Assembly: GCA_002633005.1 (NCBI GenBank)
Contig: NMRA01000014.1
Coordinates: forward strand, 1,646,260 to 1,710,259
Length of the DNA: 64,000 nt
Source of the DNA: Phoronis australis
Taxonomy: Eukaryota > Animalia > Phoronida
Reading direction: 5' to 3'
Shown here: in pieces, positions 1 through 13,066 of the stretch
Layout of the letters: every line of letters begins with the position of its first letter
How positions within the stretch are numbered: position 1 is the first letter of the stretch
Notes under the pieces: model-generated
Database searches by the model: none
Told to the model about the DNA's origin: nothing
The model's input: only the letters and a program-made list of their open reading frames with translations
Position numbers and translations under genes: made by a program

Positions 1-567
1 TAACAACAACAATAGCAACGGTCACAACAACCAAGGCATAACGGATAACACTCTCACCGGTTAATATCCTATCAACTGTTGAACTCAATAGATCTACGAT
101 CGACTTAAGGTTATCTCAAACCTTATTTAGTGGCCTCCAATGTAACTCGTATATAATAACCAGGATTTGTCAACTAGTGAGTATATATTTTCTGAAAGAA
201 AAAGAAAAGGATGTTTGTGTGGCATCATTATTACGTAAACACTTTTGAAGTCACAATTTCATTGGGTAAAATTGTATACATGTGAATGAAAACGATTTAT
301 TTACATTCGTAATCATATGTCACTATAATCTTAACATCAGATTTTTAATTTATGTATTTGTGTATAATAATTATATATAAATTTCTTTGTATTTATTTAA
401 CCCAGATACAATGCCTCTTGGCCCTTTCTGGGTCATGTATATTCATTCTATTGAAGATTTCGTAATAAACATTAAAAATTCATATCTAAGAAAGGCACAT
501 TCATAGCAAAATACCCACTTAGTCGATTTTAATGAAACCTTTTTAAATGAAAACTTCACCAGTCACC

Positions 568-733
568 TCAAAAACGCTATTAGGAATTTTCAATTAGTCT
601 TTTAGTTTGGTTTCTATTACAATTAACTCGCAAAACGTAAGGTACTTCTGATATGAAATAGCAGTCGTATTTGTCTTTGTTATATTACGCAAAAACCAGG
701 CCTTCATATCGAAAATCCTAATAGCTCTTTTGA
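568..733. repeat. Inverted repeat pair within a probable DNA-transposon relic
   Basis: CTCAAAAACGCTATTAGGAATTTTC (568-592) versus GAAAATCCTAATAGCTCTTTTGAG (710-733). Confidence 0.6.
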
Positions 734-1736
734 GATTGATGAATAAATATTAAGTTTGGAAAATTTCAGCTAAATCCAAAGCGTCGTTTTTGTGAACTCG
801 TGTTCCTAAGTTCAAATTAAGTCGATTTGTAGAAGTCAAGAAAAGCCGATTACGTTGCGAGACGTGAAAATCTCAAAATCTTCTGTTAGTTATTCGGCGA
901 AAATTTTTTCGGTCAGTATGACCTATACATGTCTTAACCATGTTGCCTATTTCAACATTCACTCGCAATGCCAATTGATATTGCACATGTCGATGAATGT
1001 AACCTCCAATCACTTCAAAATCGCGGGGTATCAAGGACGGGGTGACGAGGCATGAATGAGTGCCGGGATCAATTGTAGTGTCATACTGTTGGTTTTGGAT
1101 AATAGATGCCATAAAAATTTACTTTCTCCTTGAATTTCACTGAGGGAATTGCAAGATCAGGAAGATCGAAAATGTGTTTATAAATTGCTTGCTTCATAAA
1201 CATTTCGCAGAGTTAGATGACACCATTGTTCGGGCAATGTGTGGTGGTGAGGTACGTATGAGTTGTGGTTGGTTCTTCTAATTGATCAGGTGCGTGTTTG
1301 CATTTCATACTAATAGCTATTTTAAATTTGAGATTAAAGACAAACTGGCCACGATAATGAAGGAATTTTTTGTTTGCAAATCACTTCGGAAAAGAATATT
1401 AGTATTACCCTGATTAATATTTATGGACTAATAAATAAGGATTCCGCGAAAATTTATAAGTATCTCGGACGCCTTATTAGACTAAAAGTTTCTGACTTGA
1501 CAATATGTGAAACATGGAATTAAGTCGAAGATTTCGAATTGGACTGATGTAACTGTACGCAGCAAAACCACCCAAACGCCTGAGAAAAGGTAAAAAACCT
1601 TCCAGGTATAATTTAATTGAACTGTGGCGACTTGCCACTTGTAAAGCAATTTATTTGGAAGAAAATAAATCAAATTAGCTGACTTTGAAAATATCCACGC
1701 CATATTGAAATTTACTATCCCGCCAGAAAGCGATCA

Positions 1737-1966
1737 GGGATCCGTTCCAACAAACAAATCTTAAACTTTAGCAAATTTCATAATAAAGCTTATTCTTCTC
1801 AAGACCGTTTCAAGAAAGATTTTGAGTTTGACGTAAGGGTTTGGTATAAGTTTTGTCTTAATTTTGATTATCTTACCAGATGCGGAAGTTTCAAAATTAG
1901 GGATTTGAGACAAATCTTAGACTTAAGTCAAAAATGAACTTAAGTCAGTTTCTTGGAACGGGCCCC
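1737..1966. mobile_element. MITE with GGG..CCGTTCCAA TIRs, related to the 52492 family
   Basis: Left end GGGATCCGTTCCAACAAAC versus reverse complement of the right end GGGGCCCGTTCCAAGAAAC; internal CTTAAG/CTTAAACTT repeats. Confidence 0.62.
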
Positions 1967-4897
1967 AAGTCTTTGATGGACAGGCGTTCAGCGCCACCTA
2001 CAGATCCCATGTAATGCGGACGGGAGGTTTCAACCTACTGGCTTAAACAGGCATTTTACACTTTTCGTGGTATTATAATGCCGACAAATGTACTAATGCC
2101 TTGCAAGAATATCAATAGATGAACAAGAGCATCATGGTCCATACAGCTCCAACTGCGAAGAATAACCCTCGACAGTCAGTGGGTGCGGCTTTTAAAGCAG
2201 GAGAATTTCGATACCAGTCGGTGTCAAAAATCTAAAATATATTAGCGAACTTAAACTAATCAAACAATGCGAGAAAATGACTGTGGAAATTATTCCGCTG
2301 CTTTTAAATTAGTGAACGACTATTTAGTAATTGAATTTCTGTCCACCAAATCGGATCGGGTTCAATTGAAAGTCACTTTCGGGCTCCTATTACCGTAAAG
2401 AGCACCAATATGAAAAGTCACCCCCCCTAAAAGGTACGACTCGAGTTTTTTGTTAAAATAACCAAGAATTGACCATTTCAGTGTTAGCTTTTTTCATATT
2501 ATATTACATACAAGACGTTTTGAGAGAATATGCAGTATTCCCATATAATAAAAAAGTATTTCTAAAATTCTTCAAAAGGAAATACAATTCACAAATGATG
2601 GAGTTTTGTTCTTTGATGTCATGTTGACGATGATAAGGGATCGAAATATTCATGTTTGTAGAAAATAATTTCTTGAAAGTAAAAGAGCATCACTATGTAT
2701 TTTATAACAACAGGAACAATCTCCGTTGTAGAGCAAACAAATAGAGATTTGGAAAACTATAGGGAAGAACAGTTGAAAGGACAATGGACAGATCATGGTG
2801 AGAAACTTTCTTAGTAAAAGCGAAATTATATTAATAAATTTACTAAGTAAAATGCTGGTGAAGGCAAATTCCTTTCAAATCTATACATTCGTAATTTCTA
2901 TAAATTCCTCTACAGTTTTATAAATGAATCTTTACAGGATTTTGATTTTGATTCTCCTGAATATGATTACAGAAAATTTGATGATTGTGAAAGTAGAAAA
3001 TTTCATTTCAGGCAATGAAGTTTAATATGCTTTAAAATATGAAGAATAATAATACGCTTGGCTCTGATGTTTTTTTCAACAGAAATTTATATTTTTCTTA
3101 CCCCCTTGGACGTACTACTGTAAACAACCGAACTCTTTATTGCTTTCAAAATTGCTTCACATTCTCTCTGCTCTCCCTTCACCGCCAGGTGGAGTTATTG
3201 TGCTACTGGAGAGACTATTTTACAATTTTATTTGGGAAAATACACCAGTATAAATTTAATTCAGGTTTTTCCTTCAGTTGGGTGGCTGTAGCCGAGTGGT
3301 GCATTTGAGACCATTTATCACATGTTGTTGAAACTTATGTTGACAATAAATGATATGTTTTCAAGTATTTTTCATTTTGTTATATTATTTTACAGCAGTT
3401 TATGCAAAGGAAAAAACAAACTATATTGTCATGAAGTCTTTAGACACGTTGGAGAACTATATGGTACCTTTGTAATCACAAAGGCTTTTATCCTTTATTT
3501 ATTGATGCGTCTGAAGATCTTGCTCACTTACATTGGTTTTGTTCAATGGTTTTGTTCAATGGTTCAAAATTTTTGGTTAGTTGTAGATTTATCGACCACT
3601 TAACGAACATGAGATATTTATTTGGCGAACTTGAGGCAAAAATATTATTAATCTGGTCATGTTTTTGGTAAAATATATTTTATAAGGCGCGATGAAACTC
3701 CAGTACCCCTTGTTTGCAGCTACTCAAAATCAATTTCCAAATGTTATTAACTTGAAATAGTAGTTTGATATAGTAATTGTGAACAAAAATTATTTGTTAA
3801 AAGACAGGCCGTTATAATTATTAATATTTATGTATAGATAAATCGTTTCAACATTTGTTGATCCCGGTTGCATCTGTAATGACTGTATGCGTGTATTCAT
3901 GTGTGTTTGGCTGTTTTTGCTTCCATGAGTATCAGCACTACTGAAGAGTCAAAATTTGGCTGGGCTTGGAATGATCAATGACAAAGAAGAGCGAAATTTT
4001 CTAGTTGATGCATTGTTCCACAAATAAATAGGCTTGTGTGATAGATGTTTTTGTGTTGTAAGATTTAACTGAAAAGGACGTTTTTACATGAATAAAGTTA
4101 TGATAATGGTAACAAAGAGACGAAAAAAGAGGAAAGTGGAAATCAAATAAGAGAAAATCAATTTCAAAAAAGAGGAAATGATCTTAAAAGAAGAAAATTC
4201 TAAGCCCTGTTTTAGGCCTATACTATTAAAGGTAATGGGATGTTGCCGTTTTACGTCTGAATTCGCGCTGTTTGAGATTTTTGTAGGGTGGAATAGATGT
4301 CTTGGACTTAGCTGTGATCAGAGCTATAAAACATCAGCCACTGTGTCTTTGCGATTACACCCCAAAACATCGATCCTCCTCGTTATCTGCCAGACGTTCA
4401 CTAAATCAAGACCGGTGACTTTATCTGTTTAATACTCTAAAATACTCTGCGAGTGGTTTTTAGATTCGTCAATAGAGCTTTTACACTGTGACTCACATTT
4501 CGTTTTACAGCTGAAAATAGTTCTTAATTCAGATTGCAAATAGAATGCTTTGCCAGAGTTGCGCTAGGGGAAACAAATTTAATTCTAATTTACTCTTTCC
4601 AAGAAATATGGAAAGCTCCTATCACTACTTGAGCACTTTGGCGGCGCTGCAAAATGACTGTTGTTTAGGACACGATGCCTTGTTTTAGAAAAGTAGTGAA
4701 TGTCGGTTTCAAAAGCTGTCTAGTCGCGGTAGCATTCTTTTCGGAAATGAACGCATAAATGTCGGTGTTCACGGAGTGTTGTGAAGTTATATGATCATTA
4801 TGTGTGCACGTTTTGTCTATACATACGTGAGGACATAATATTTATGCAACTATGCTCTAGCGCAATACACGGCGTCACGTTTACTTCAGGCAACTGA

Positions 4898-4903
4898 TTT
4901 ATT
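4898..4903 (-). terminator. Candidate polyadenylation signal (AATAAA) of the innexin mRNA
   Basis: Plus-strand tttatt is AATAAA on the minus strand, about 620 nt downstream of the stop codon. Position is plausible; no transcript evidence. Confidence 0.45.
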
Positions 4904-5523
4904 GAAAATAAAATACAAAAATCGATCTCATCTACTTTGGCATAACATCAAATCACATTCAGCAACTATGCCAGTTTTACACAAATCATAAATTACTGGC
5001 AAAATTATCGAAGATACCCCTTTCCTTTGTTTCGAGTTTCATGAACAGAAATGCATCACATTAACACAAAACTGATTCGTAAATTGAAGCAATGTTTTAT
5101 CAACTTGCCTCGGTGAAAAGTTGAAGTGGAACATTTTGTTGGTGCACCACCGACGAGAGCGTTTGAATAAATTTTTAACTCGAATGAGACAGAAAGAGTA
5201 TCATTCTATAAATTGTGAAACAGTGAACTCTTCAAAACACATTTGGTGAACAACTGAAGGATACGTAAAAAGCACCTATATCGAGTGTATATACAAGTAT
5301 TAAGAACACGGAATGTCACTCGTTTTACCATCAGGACGGCGCCATAACGGCGTCATAACGGCGTCACGACCAGTGAAACGTCCATAAGTCTCAGCACTAC
5401 GAGTATAAGAACCAACAAACTAATGCTACATTTAAGCAAAAGTGGTGGAAATGATTTAAGTATTATGTGGACACACAATACAATGTTTGTGGCAATACAT
5501 GGGCACTTGCCTCATTGTTTTAA

Positions 5524-6732
5524 CTACACTGCTCCACTTGAGTTCGCTTTCGAAGGGTGATAGTTTTTCCGGAATTTCTTAAAATGCTCCCATAGTTCAC
5601 CGATTAACTCAGACGTAATGATGTCATTGGTGTTTTTGCTAATAAGTCTAAGTACAAAGACGCCGTCCTGCCTGAGATATTTCTCGGAGAAGACTTTGGC
5701 CAGTTTGCTATCAGGCACACCGCCTGCCAGCTGACTCAGCATCTTCAAGTACTTTTTGATGTACTGATAGCGCGTGCGTAGAAACAAGCCAAGTATCCAA
5801 GGAAGGGTACCCCAGACACTGAAGAAAGCAACCAACGCCATCCAAAACCACAAAAATATGAAAATTTTCTCATTAAACAAATTGATGGGCAGTGCACATT
5901 GTACCGTATAGCGATGGACATTCTCAAGACCCCCCAATCGCCTAATTTCGAAGTCACACATGGTAACTCGTGGAAAACGATGGGATTCCTTCCAGTCTGT
6001 ACCGTTAATGAGTTTGTCGATGACTTCGATTCCATAGAAATTATATTCCAAGGCCATGAATTTATTAAGAAGAAACATTTGACCGACGGCGTTCAGAATG
6101 TATAGCCCCTTGATAGCCAAGTAGGTGGCGATCATGTAATTCCCGTATCGCTTACCACACAGCAGACACAACTTGTCAGCCAACCACTGCTGCACACCAG
6201 AGCAACACGAGTTACGATGTTCACGTTGGAAGTCCAGGTAGCGGTCCATGTGTCGTACAATGAATTTCAACGTCTTCTCTCGTGTCTCGGGGTTCAGGTG
6301 CTCTGCGTTATTCACACACGTCACAATCCCGTTGACGTCGAGACCAATGCGCGAACAAAATATGCGCCAGAAAACGTGAGGGAGATAGTACAGCGCCCCC
6401 ATGGCGGCCAGAATGAAAGGAACCCATTGGTAGTAGGCGACTTCTTCTTGTCGTCTGATGTGAACACCGCGCGGCACGTCCTCACTAGTTGGCACGTAAT
6501 ACGTGTTGGAAATCCAACACACGTTGTTAGTGTATTCCTCGTGGCTTCCAATGAAATGGGCTGGACACCAGCAGTTGATTGGATCACCGACATATTGTTT
6601 GGTGCCGACGATGATCATGGAAATCACCAAGACTCCGATGGTGTATCGGTGGCTCAACCGATCGTAGAAGTCGTCGTCATAGTGAAGGGCGAGTTTCGCC
6701 ACATTACTGATGATGTCAAGAAAACTAGACAT
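5524..6732 (-). CDS. inx: Innexin (invertebrate gap junction/pannexin-family channel), 402 aa, coding region in a single exon
   Basis: Innexin hallmarks in the ORF: N-terminal DDDFYDRL, QYVGDPINCWCP...NNVCW (extracellular loop 1 Cys pair), YYQWVPFIL, FPRVTMCDF...QCALPINLFNEKIFIFLWFW (loop 2 Cys pair), C-terminal YLRQDGVFVLRL, and four hydrophobic segments. A polypyrimidine tract and AG (6735-6734) sit 1 nt before the ATG, so the 5' UTR is spliced. Confidence 0.97.
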   Translation of the reverse strand: MSSFLDIISNVAKLALHYDDDFYDRLSHRYTIGVLVISMIIVGTKQYVGDPINCWCPAHFIGSHEEYTNNVCWISNTYYVPTSEDVPRGVHIRRQEEVAYYQWVPFILAAMGALYYLPHVFWRIFCSRIGLDVNGIVTCVNNAEHLNPETREKTLKFIVRHMDRYLDFQREHRNSCCSGVQQWLADKLCLLCGKRYGNYMIATYLAIKGLYILNAVGQMFLLNKFMALEYNFYGIEVIDKLINGTDWKESHRFPRVTMCDFEIRRLGGLENVHRYTVQCALPINLFNEKIFIFLWFWMALVAFFSVWGTLPWILGLFLRTRYQYIKKYLKMLSQLAGGVPDSKLAKVFSEKYLRQDGVFVLRLISKNTNDIITSELIGELWEHFKKFRKNYHPSKANSSGAV

Positions 6733-6860
6733 GCTGAAAAGACAAAGGAGATTGTTATACAGACTGTGTGTGCGAAGAAACTAGACATGCTGAAAAGACA
6801 AAAGAGATTGTTATACAGACTGTGCGTGAGGAAAATAGACATGCTGAGAAAATGCAAAGG
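6717..6860 (-). repeat. Tandem ~55-bp repeat (2 full copies plus 1 partial) spanning the innexin splice acceptor and start codon
   Basis: The minus-strand unit TTTTCAG|CATGTCTA recurs with ATGs at 6732, 6788 and 6842 (periods 56 and 54 nt). Confidence 0.9.
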
Positions 6861-9800
6861 GAAAGCAATTCATAGCTTAAATGACGTAAAGGATATGTTA
6901 CGGAAAATTTGGAAAGCTAAGCAGTATATGTTGGCAATAGTCCTTCTTTTAGAGACGAATTTTTTTCTCACAACTTGTATTACGTACGGTTGCGGTAACT
7001 TATAATTGCGCAGTGGATTAAATCCAGATCACAAGGCTTCATTCCTTCAGCTGCTGCGCAATGAACTAGAGATGTGTACGTACTACATCTTGTCAGATTT
7101 TGAACAAATTATTCACCAAAGAAATGGCAGAGATAAGGTGTTCTGTTTGGTAATGCCTACAGAAAATGAATTGAACTATCTAATTATGCAGGACTGACAG
7201 TTCAGACAAAATTACCTGATAATGACCCTGTAAGATGGCGTAATGACACTGCACATAACAACTCGCTTCTTATATTTCGTATCTAAACTTATTTTTAGAA
7301 CACAAACTTTTGTGACGATACAAAGGGGTCCTCGCCATTAAAAGTGTTATCTGTCCCTTCTGATAATATCATTTACTGATCTTACGTTATCAAAAGTGAA
7401 AGAACATTAATAGGTTCATATGACCAAGGGCAAATCCTCAACGTTTATTGGCTCATTAATAAAGTAAATGCAAAATATCTTGGAAACCCTACTGCTCTTC
7501 CTGTTATAGCACATTCAACAGGTGCTCACAAGCTCCTTCTACACAATGTTCTTCAATTTCCGCCAGGCATTATCGTGTGCATTTCTACATAATTTATAAT
7601 CAAGCTTGTGCAACCGATTCCCCTCCAAACTTCACCCTGCTCTGGTCGAGAACTGAAGTTTTAGGCTCCAGAAACATTTCGCTCACACTTACATTTATGA
7701 ACACTGACGATTATTGTATAAAATGGGCATGAATGCTCAGGTAGATAGTTGCAACCTGGGAGTAATGTAGTGATATTGGTCCTAGATTGCAACAGACGCT
7801 CAGAAAAAGGATCACATAGCTAAAACCATCACAACTCGACTTATGCACAGATGATCACGATACATTTACCGGACATTGCGCAGTGGGATAGACTAATGTA
7901 TAAGTAAGATGCTAAAAAGTGGGTGTCCATACACATCCTACCTTCACCATCTCCTCAGGTGGGGACCAGAACTCGGACATTTGAAAGTATACGTTATACG
8001 GTACCAAAACTACCGCCACACGCTACTGTGCAAGGGTATACTATTTGCCCATGATGATTAATTTTCTTGCGTCTCCAATGAAAAGCCCAGAATGTCTATA
8101 GAGACGGCTGGTATTGACAGTGCGTCAGAAAACAACAACTCTTCAAATGTATATTATACATATACGTTTAAAGTAAACACTGGGTATTATGACGCATTAT
8201 GATTAATACAATCAGTCAATGCTAAGGGTCAGTTAATCGCTTGTGAAACTCGCACCTTACAGTAGAGTGGAGCGCCAACTACCGACAGCACATATTAACT
8301 GGAAGTTGGCGTCTGCTCGTATTTGTAAAGTCTCGTCGTCAACAACTACAAACAACCACTTCAAGCAAGCGGGGGCTGTCTATTATATGAGTGCTTTTTA
8401 TGAAAACATCATCTTAAATCTAGTCTAGATTAGGTGGATGGACATTAAACATACCTTGATGCATTTCTGGTGTAATCAAGTTTGAAAAGTAAACAGGTAT
8501 CAACCTCATGTGACAAGTTTCATTTTTCTGTCTGGCATTTCAGATACTGCGTTGCTTGGAAAATACAGTGATAAAACATCTCTGACGATAGGAAGGATAC
8601 AATACTGGAAAATGTAAATACTAAGAATTTGAAGGGAAACCAAAGTTAAAACAAGTAGACAACAATGTGCAGATTAGGGTTATCGTACAGGACCTTAAGG
8701 GCAAGTCTATGGATTTAGCCAAATATTTAGAAAATATTTAGACTTAATGCCAGTCTGCTCTTGATTGGGTCACGTGACCATGAAAGCTTAGTAGAATTTG
8801 GCAAAGAGGAAAGGTACATCCGTAGCAAAACAGCGGTATCAATAACACGATTAAATTTTATTCGATGTAAATGTTCAAGGTGAAATCTCAAAGACTCTGC
8901 TAGAGTTTTATAAAGCAAGTTTTTTCATTTTGTTTGATGCACTTTTGACATTTTTAATAAAAAGCATAACGGTCTTAATTTGATAGTCCGTCATGCAAAC
9001 GTAGGTAACTTCAAAAACAATTCCTAACATGTATTTGGAGAACAGTTCATAAAGCGTGGTATCGGAAAGTTTCATATGGATACTATCAGCCATTTCTGAG
9101 ATGTAATGCTTTTGTAAAATTTTGCCATTTTTCGAGAAACCTACACCACTTGAGCTCAGAGCACAAAAGGTATAAAGGCGATATAACCGGGGTATATAGG
9201 TATAGAGGTGGTCTTGGAGACTGCTATAGCACAGGTAAACGACTCAACGCTCGTTTGTTGCAAGGCTTAAGAAAGGCATAGTGGAACGTAATATGTAAAC
9301 ACTTAGAGCCGTTAATTCTACATAATAGGCGTTTTTGAATCACATAGAGAATGAACCAAGACTGAACAGGTAATTGTTGGACTAGGAGGTCTACTCAGCG
9401 GCATAATGTCGTTATTATAGTTTATTGAGTTTCTTGTGAACTCAGGCGGTTCAATAGACGAATGGTGTATTAAGCGTCCCTAGATATTGCGAGAAACAAG
9501 CAGGAGAGTGTTTCGTAGTTGACCAAGTTTTTGCGAGAAAAATAAGATCTCACCGAGTGTTTCACGAGTGGGCTCGGGAGCTTACTGGCCCGGCTATCTC
9601 ACTGAAGTGAGTGGATGGTGAGGTTGGAGTGATGATTCGTGGCATTTGATTCACTCGATTCACTCCACTTCGCATTGGTTTCTATTCAATTAGCAAAGCA
9701 AGTGCAACTCTAGCTAATTTGCAGTCTCCAGAACGCAGCCCTGATAGCCTTCCAAACGTGCTATATTCCAGTCATATAAACTTGTAGTCATGAGCCTGTT

Positions 9801-10094
9801 TAAACAAGCCAGACATTGTAATGACGGGAATATTGAAAGGGGGTCACCAGTTATATTTATTGAAAACAACAGCGACGACGCCACAGTTTGCTTTTTCTCA
9901 ATGAATTCCTCTTAAGCAATGTTAGTAATTTTTTTGCATCGCTTATAAATCTTATTGCATCTGATTTCCATATCTGTTCGTGTTTTTGCTTTTAATATTT
10001 TCTTAATAGCATATTTAAGGATTGAATACTTATATCAGATAATACTTACATGTATATAGATCTATGTATACTACTTTTATCTATGTACTGTCTA

Positions 10095-10180
10095 CAACCC
10101 AGATATAATGCTTCGCGATTTCTGGGTTTGTTATTGTTTTCCTTGTATGTTATGTGCATTCTTCAATAAATATAAATCAC
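10095..10180 (+). mobile_element. LINE-like 3' end (ACCCAGA...TCTGGGT hairpin plus AATAAA); second copy at about 398-475
   Basis: AACCCAGATA.AATGC...TTTCTGGGT followed about 40 nt later by AATAAA at both sites. Confidence 0.5.
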
Positions 10181-11431
10181 CTTGAACAATTTGAAAAATT
10201 TGCAGAATAATACGCAGTGGGAATAATGTGTTATGTCAATCAAATTTTTATTCGCAGCAGCAATTTGAATTACTTGATATTTTTTCCACTTTTCACAAAG
10301 AGAAATTGAGCTAAAGGTATTAATAGGATCGACCCAGAATTTGCGACAATCAGTTCATGGGAGTATGGTCCAACACTTGGACACTTCAATTTGACCGCTT
10401 CTACTAGGCTCTTGGTTCTGATAAGACTGTCTTCACGAGTTGCACAATAACAAAGCTGTTCTCGGAATATCTCTGTTTCAGTTTCACTTCAGACGCTCGT
10501 ACATATCGCTACAACTTTGACATAGTTAATTCCTGTCTGAGTGACAAAAGAGTTCTTTCCTGATAAGTAATTGTCACTCCTCAATCTCGGAGACTGTACC
10601 TCGTATCTTCGGCAGCGGCATGACAAACTGTCTTTGTGTTATGTGCTTGAGGCCAAAATACTTGCAAACTTCATGAAAAGCATACGCGTACATTCTAAGC
10701 CTGGTAACTCATGAGCTGAGTGCAATTTTCTTATCACTGATACACTGGGTTAATCCGTTCAAAATATAATCTCCAAAAGCATTAAATACATTATTTTGCT
10801 CATTGTAACTTGCCCAGTCACGTGCATAATAACCTGAAGAATTGGTAATAAATGTATCTGTAAAAACTTGAAACAGACAGTCACGTGGCCATGTTTTGGT
10901 AGTTACGTTCTCAGTGTCCGGCACTCCCCACAAATCTCACACAGCGGCGCCGTCGTTCATCATCGCAGTTTGCTTACCTACTGCAATTGAATAGATAATT
11001 GGCACAGAGGAATTTCAAGATTAGGTGTCCCTAATTCATTCTTTCATTCGTCTTGTGTCTTTTATGTTCTCTTACTCCCAGTGCAGTAGTAGTGGTTCTC
11101 TCCAATTTACCCGGGAACCAAATGGTCACAGGAGTCCGCTAATAACTGCATGGTTAAAGTAACGAAGGTCGGCAGTTTCCACGTTGATTTATTTATTACT
11201 GATATTAGGTTCGCGACGATACTTTTGTGACCATACAGTTTCCTTCTTAATGTATGCTTTTACTACTTCTTTTTAACTGACATCGTCGGCTTTAACATTA
11301 TAAAGCGAAAGTGGCCAAACAACACAGTGCTATCTATTCGCAGCTGTTTACACGCATATAAAGCACAGTTAGCATGACTTTACTTAGGATACTCGTCTGT
11401 TGCTGTTCCACACGACACGGAATAAAGTAAG

Positions 11432-11569
11432 CTAGCCACTACAGCGTATACTTGTCTATCTTCTAGCATGAAGCTTGTCAGTATACGCGTATATATTCCA
11501 GCATCAATCTAGCCACTACAGTGTATACTTGTCTATCTTCTAGCATGAAGCCTGTCAGTATACGCGTAT
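11432..11569. repeat. Local tandem duplication of ~61 bp (period 77)
   Basis: CTAGCCACTACAG(C/T)GTATACTTGTCTATCTTCTAGCATGAAGC(T/C)TGTCAGTATACGCGTAT at 11432 and 11509. Confidence 0.9.
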
Positions 11570-12952
11570 GGGCCCTGTGCATCCCTGACACATACGTACA
11601 CGGCACGAACCAAATGAGGGAAACTGCCGTCGGCAAGCCGTTTTTACGGCTCAACTAGTGCTACAGACGTCATGCTGATATGTAAAACCATTTTTGTTCA
11701 TGAGAGGCGCAGCTTTCATATTATTTCGCGGATTATTCATGTACGAAACAGCTACATACACGTAATGCATGTGAACTAACGAAGGCCACCTTGTCCGGCA
11801 GCGAATGGGAACTCACGCGACAACACCAGCGACCTTATCATCCTTATCGTCCTCTTCGTCGTCACTCATCTTTGCCCACGCTTCTCTAGTTTGTGAGGTC
11901 TTGTACACGAATGTGATGAACGAGATCTATCTAACTGGGAAACAACAATAACCAGGGTTTTTCCTGACTGCGAGTATTATCAGTAGGGCATCAGTGCGTG
12001 ACAAACTTAAAATAGGACACTATCCAAGCCTGCTCATGGGTGCGGAGAAGGCATTTGTACAGTGTAACCGACGCGCAGACATTCACACGCCTTGTGTCAC
12101 GAATAGTTCTATTGGTTACAATCCCCTCTACAACGGAGTTCTGACCTATGAAAGTCAGAAGATTCTCGCATCTAGTATTATAGCGTTTCAGTTTCGTGTT
12201 TTATTTGTGTTTGGAGTGACAGATTTTATCCTCCTTGCTCTAACAAGCATTGTTTGGGTGTTACATACCTTACTTTTGATAACTGTCCCAGCTTAGAGAT
12301 CAAGTTTTAGTCTAATACTGGAATAAAAACATACTAAAATTAGCGACGTTGCGTCCGCATCTCACAGACGTCGTTAATTTTTAGTAATTAGACTCAAACT
12401 TGATCTGTTTTCTCAACTGGATGTCTCAAAATTTTCATGCTTTTGTCCCAGCTTAGGTTTTAGAAAGTTCCCAAGTGGTTTTTAATGCAGTAACTGTTAG
12501 CTTGTTAATACATTTTCCTCCATCAAATCCGCCCATAATGTAAAAGCATGCAAGGCTATTTGTTCCATATTTCCACTTTACAGGTACCGGTTAATTTTTA
12601 TGAAGAATTCAGAAAAGTTATATACTTACGGTTTGCCCATGAATAATTTCATTTAAACATAGTTAACTAATATATTAAAGAAAACTGCTATATCTAGCAC
12701 ATTTCACTCCATCTGGTTACCAAACTGTTTTAGTTTTAAAGTTGCAATTTAACGTTGTTTCAGTTTTAGGTGACAGTGTTCCGCGCCTGCTATGGGTGTC
12801 CCATTAAATGAAAGGAAAAATCACTTGTGAGTGGTTAAGAAGATACTAAAATTTCGTTTATACCATGAAATGAAATAGCGTCATCTGTACGCAGTCAAAT
12901 GTTTATAATCGGACCATTTCAAATTTCCAAACGAAAGCTACAAGACAACCAC

Positions 12953-13066
12953 CAGGGGCGGATCCAGGATTTTTAGTTAGGGACGGGGGGCAGGGCTGAG
13001 TATTAGGCAGGATTTTGCCCGTCAGACATTCCCATCACCGAACTTCCAAATGGAAGTCCGCCACTG
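12953..13066. mobile_element. MITE with CAGGGGCGGA...TCCGCCACTG TIRs and 5-bp TSD (ACCAC)
   Basis: TIRs and identical 5-mer flanks seen directly; internal sequence shared with 60139-60301. Confidence 0.82.

Noticed and set aside
6717-6860. Repeat-spacer-like pattern suggesting a CRISPR array
   Set aside because: Contiguous tandem copies without unique spacers, eukaryotic context and no cas genes.
6217-7005. 262-aa plus-strand ORF
   Set aside because: Antisense shadow of the innexin CDS extended through the 55-bp repeat; no recognisable domain.
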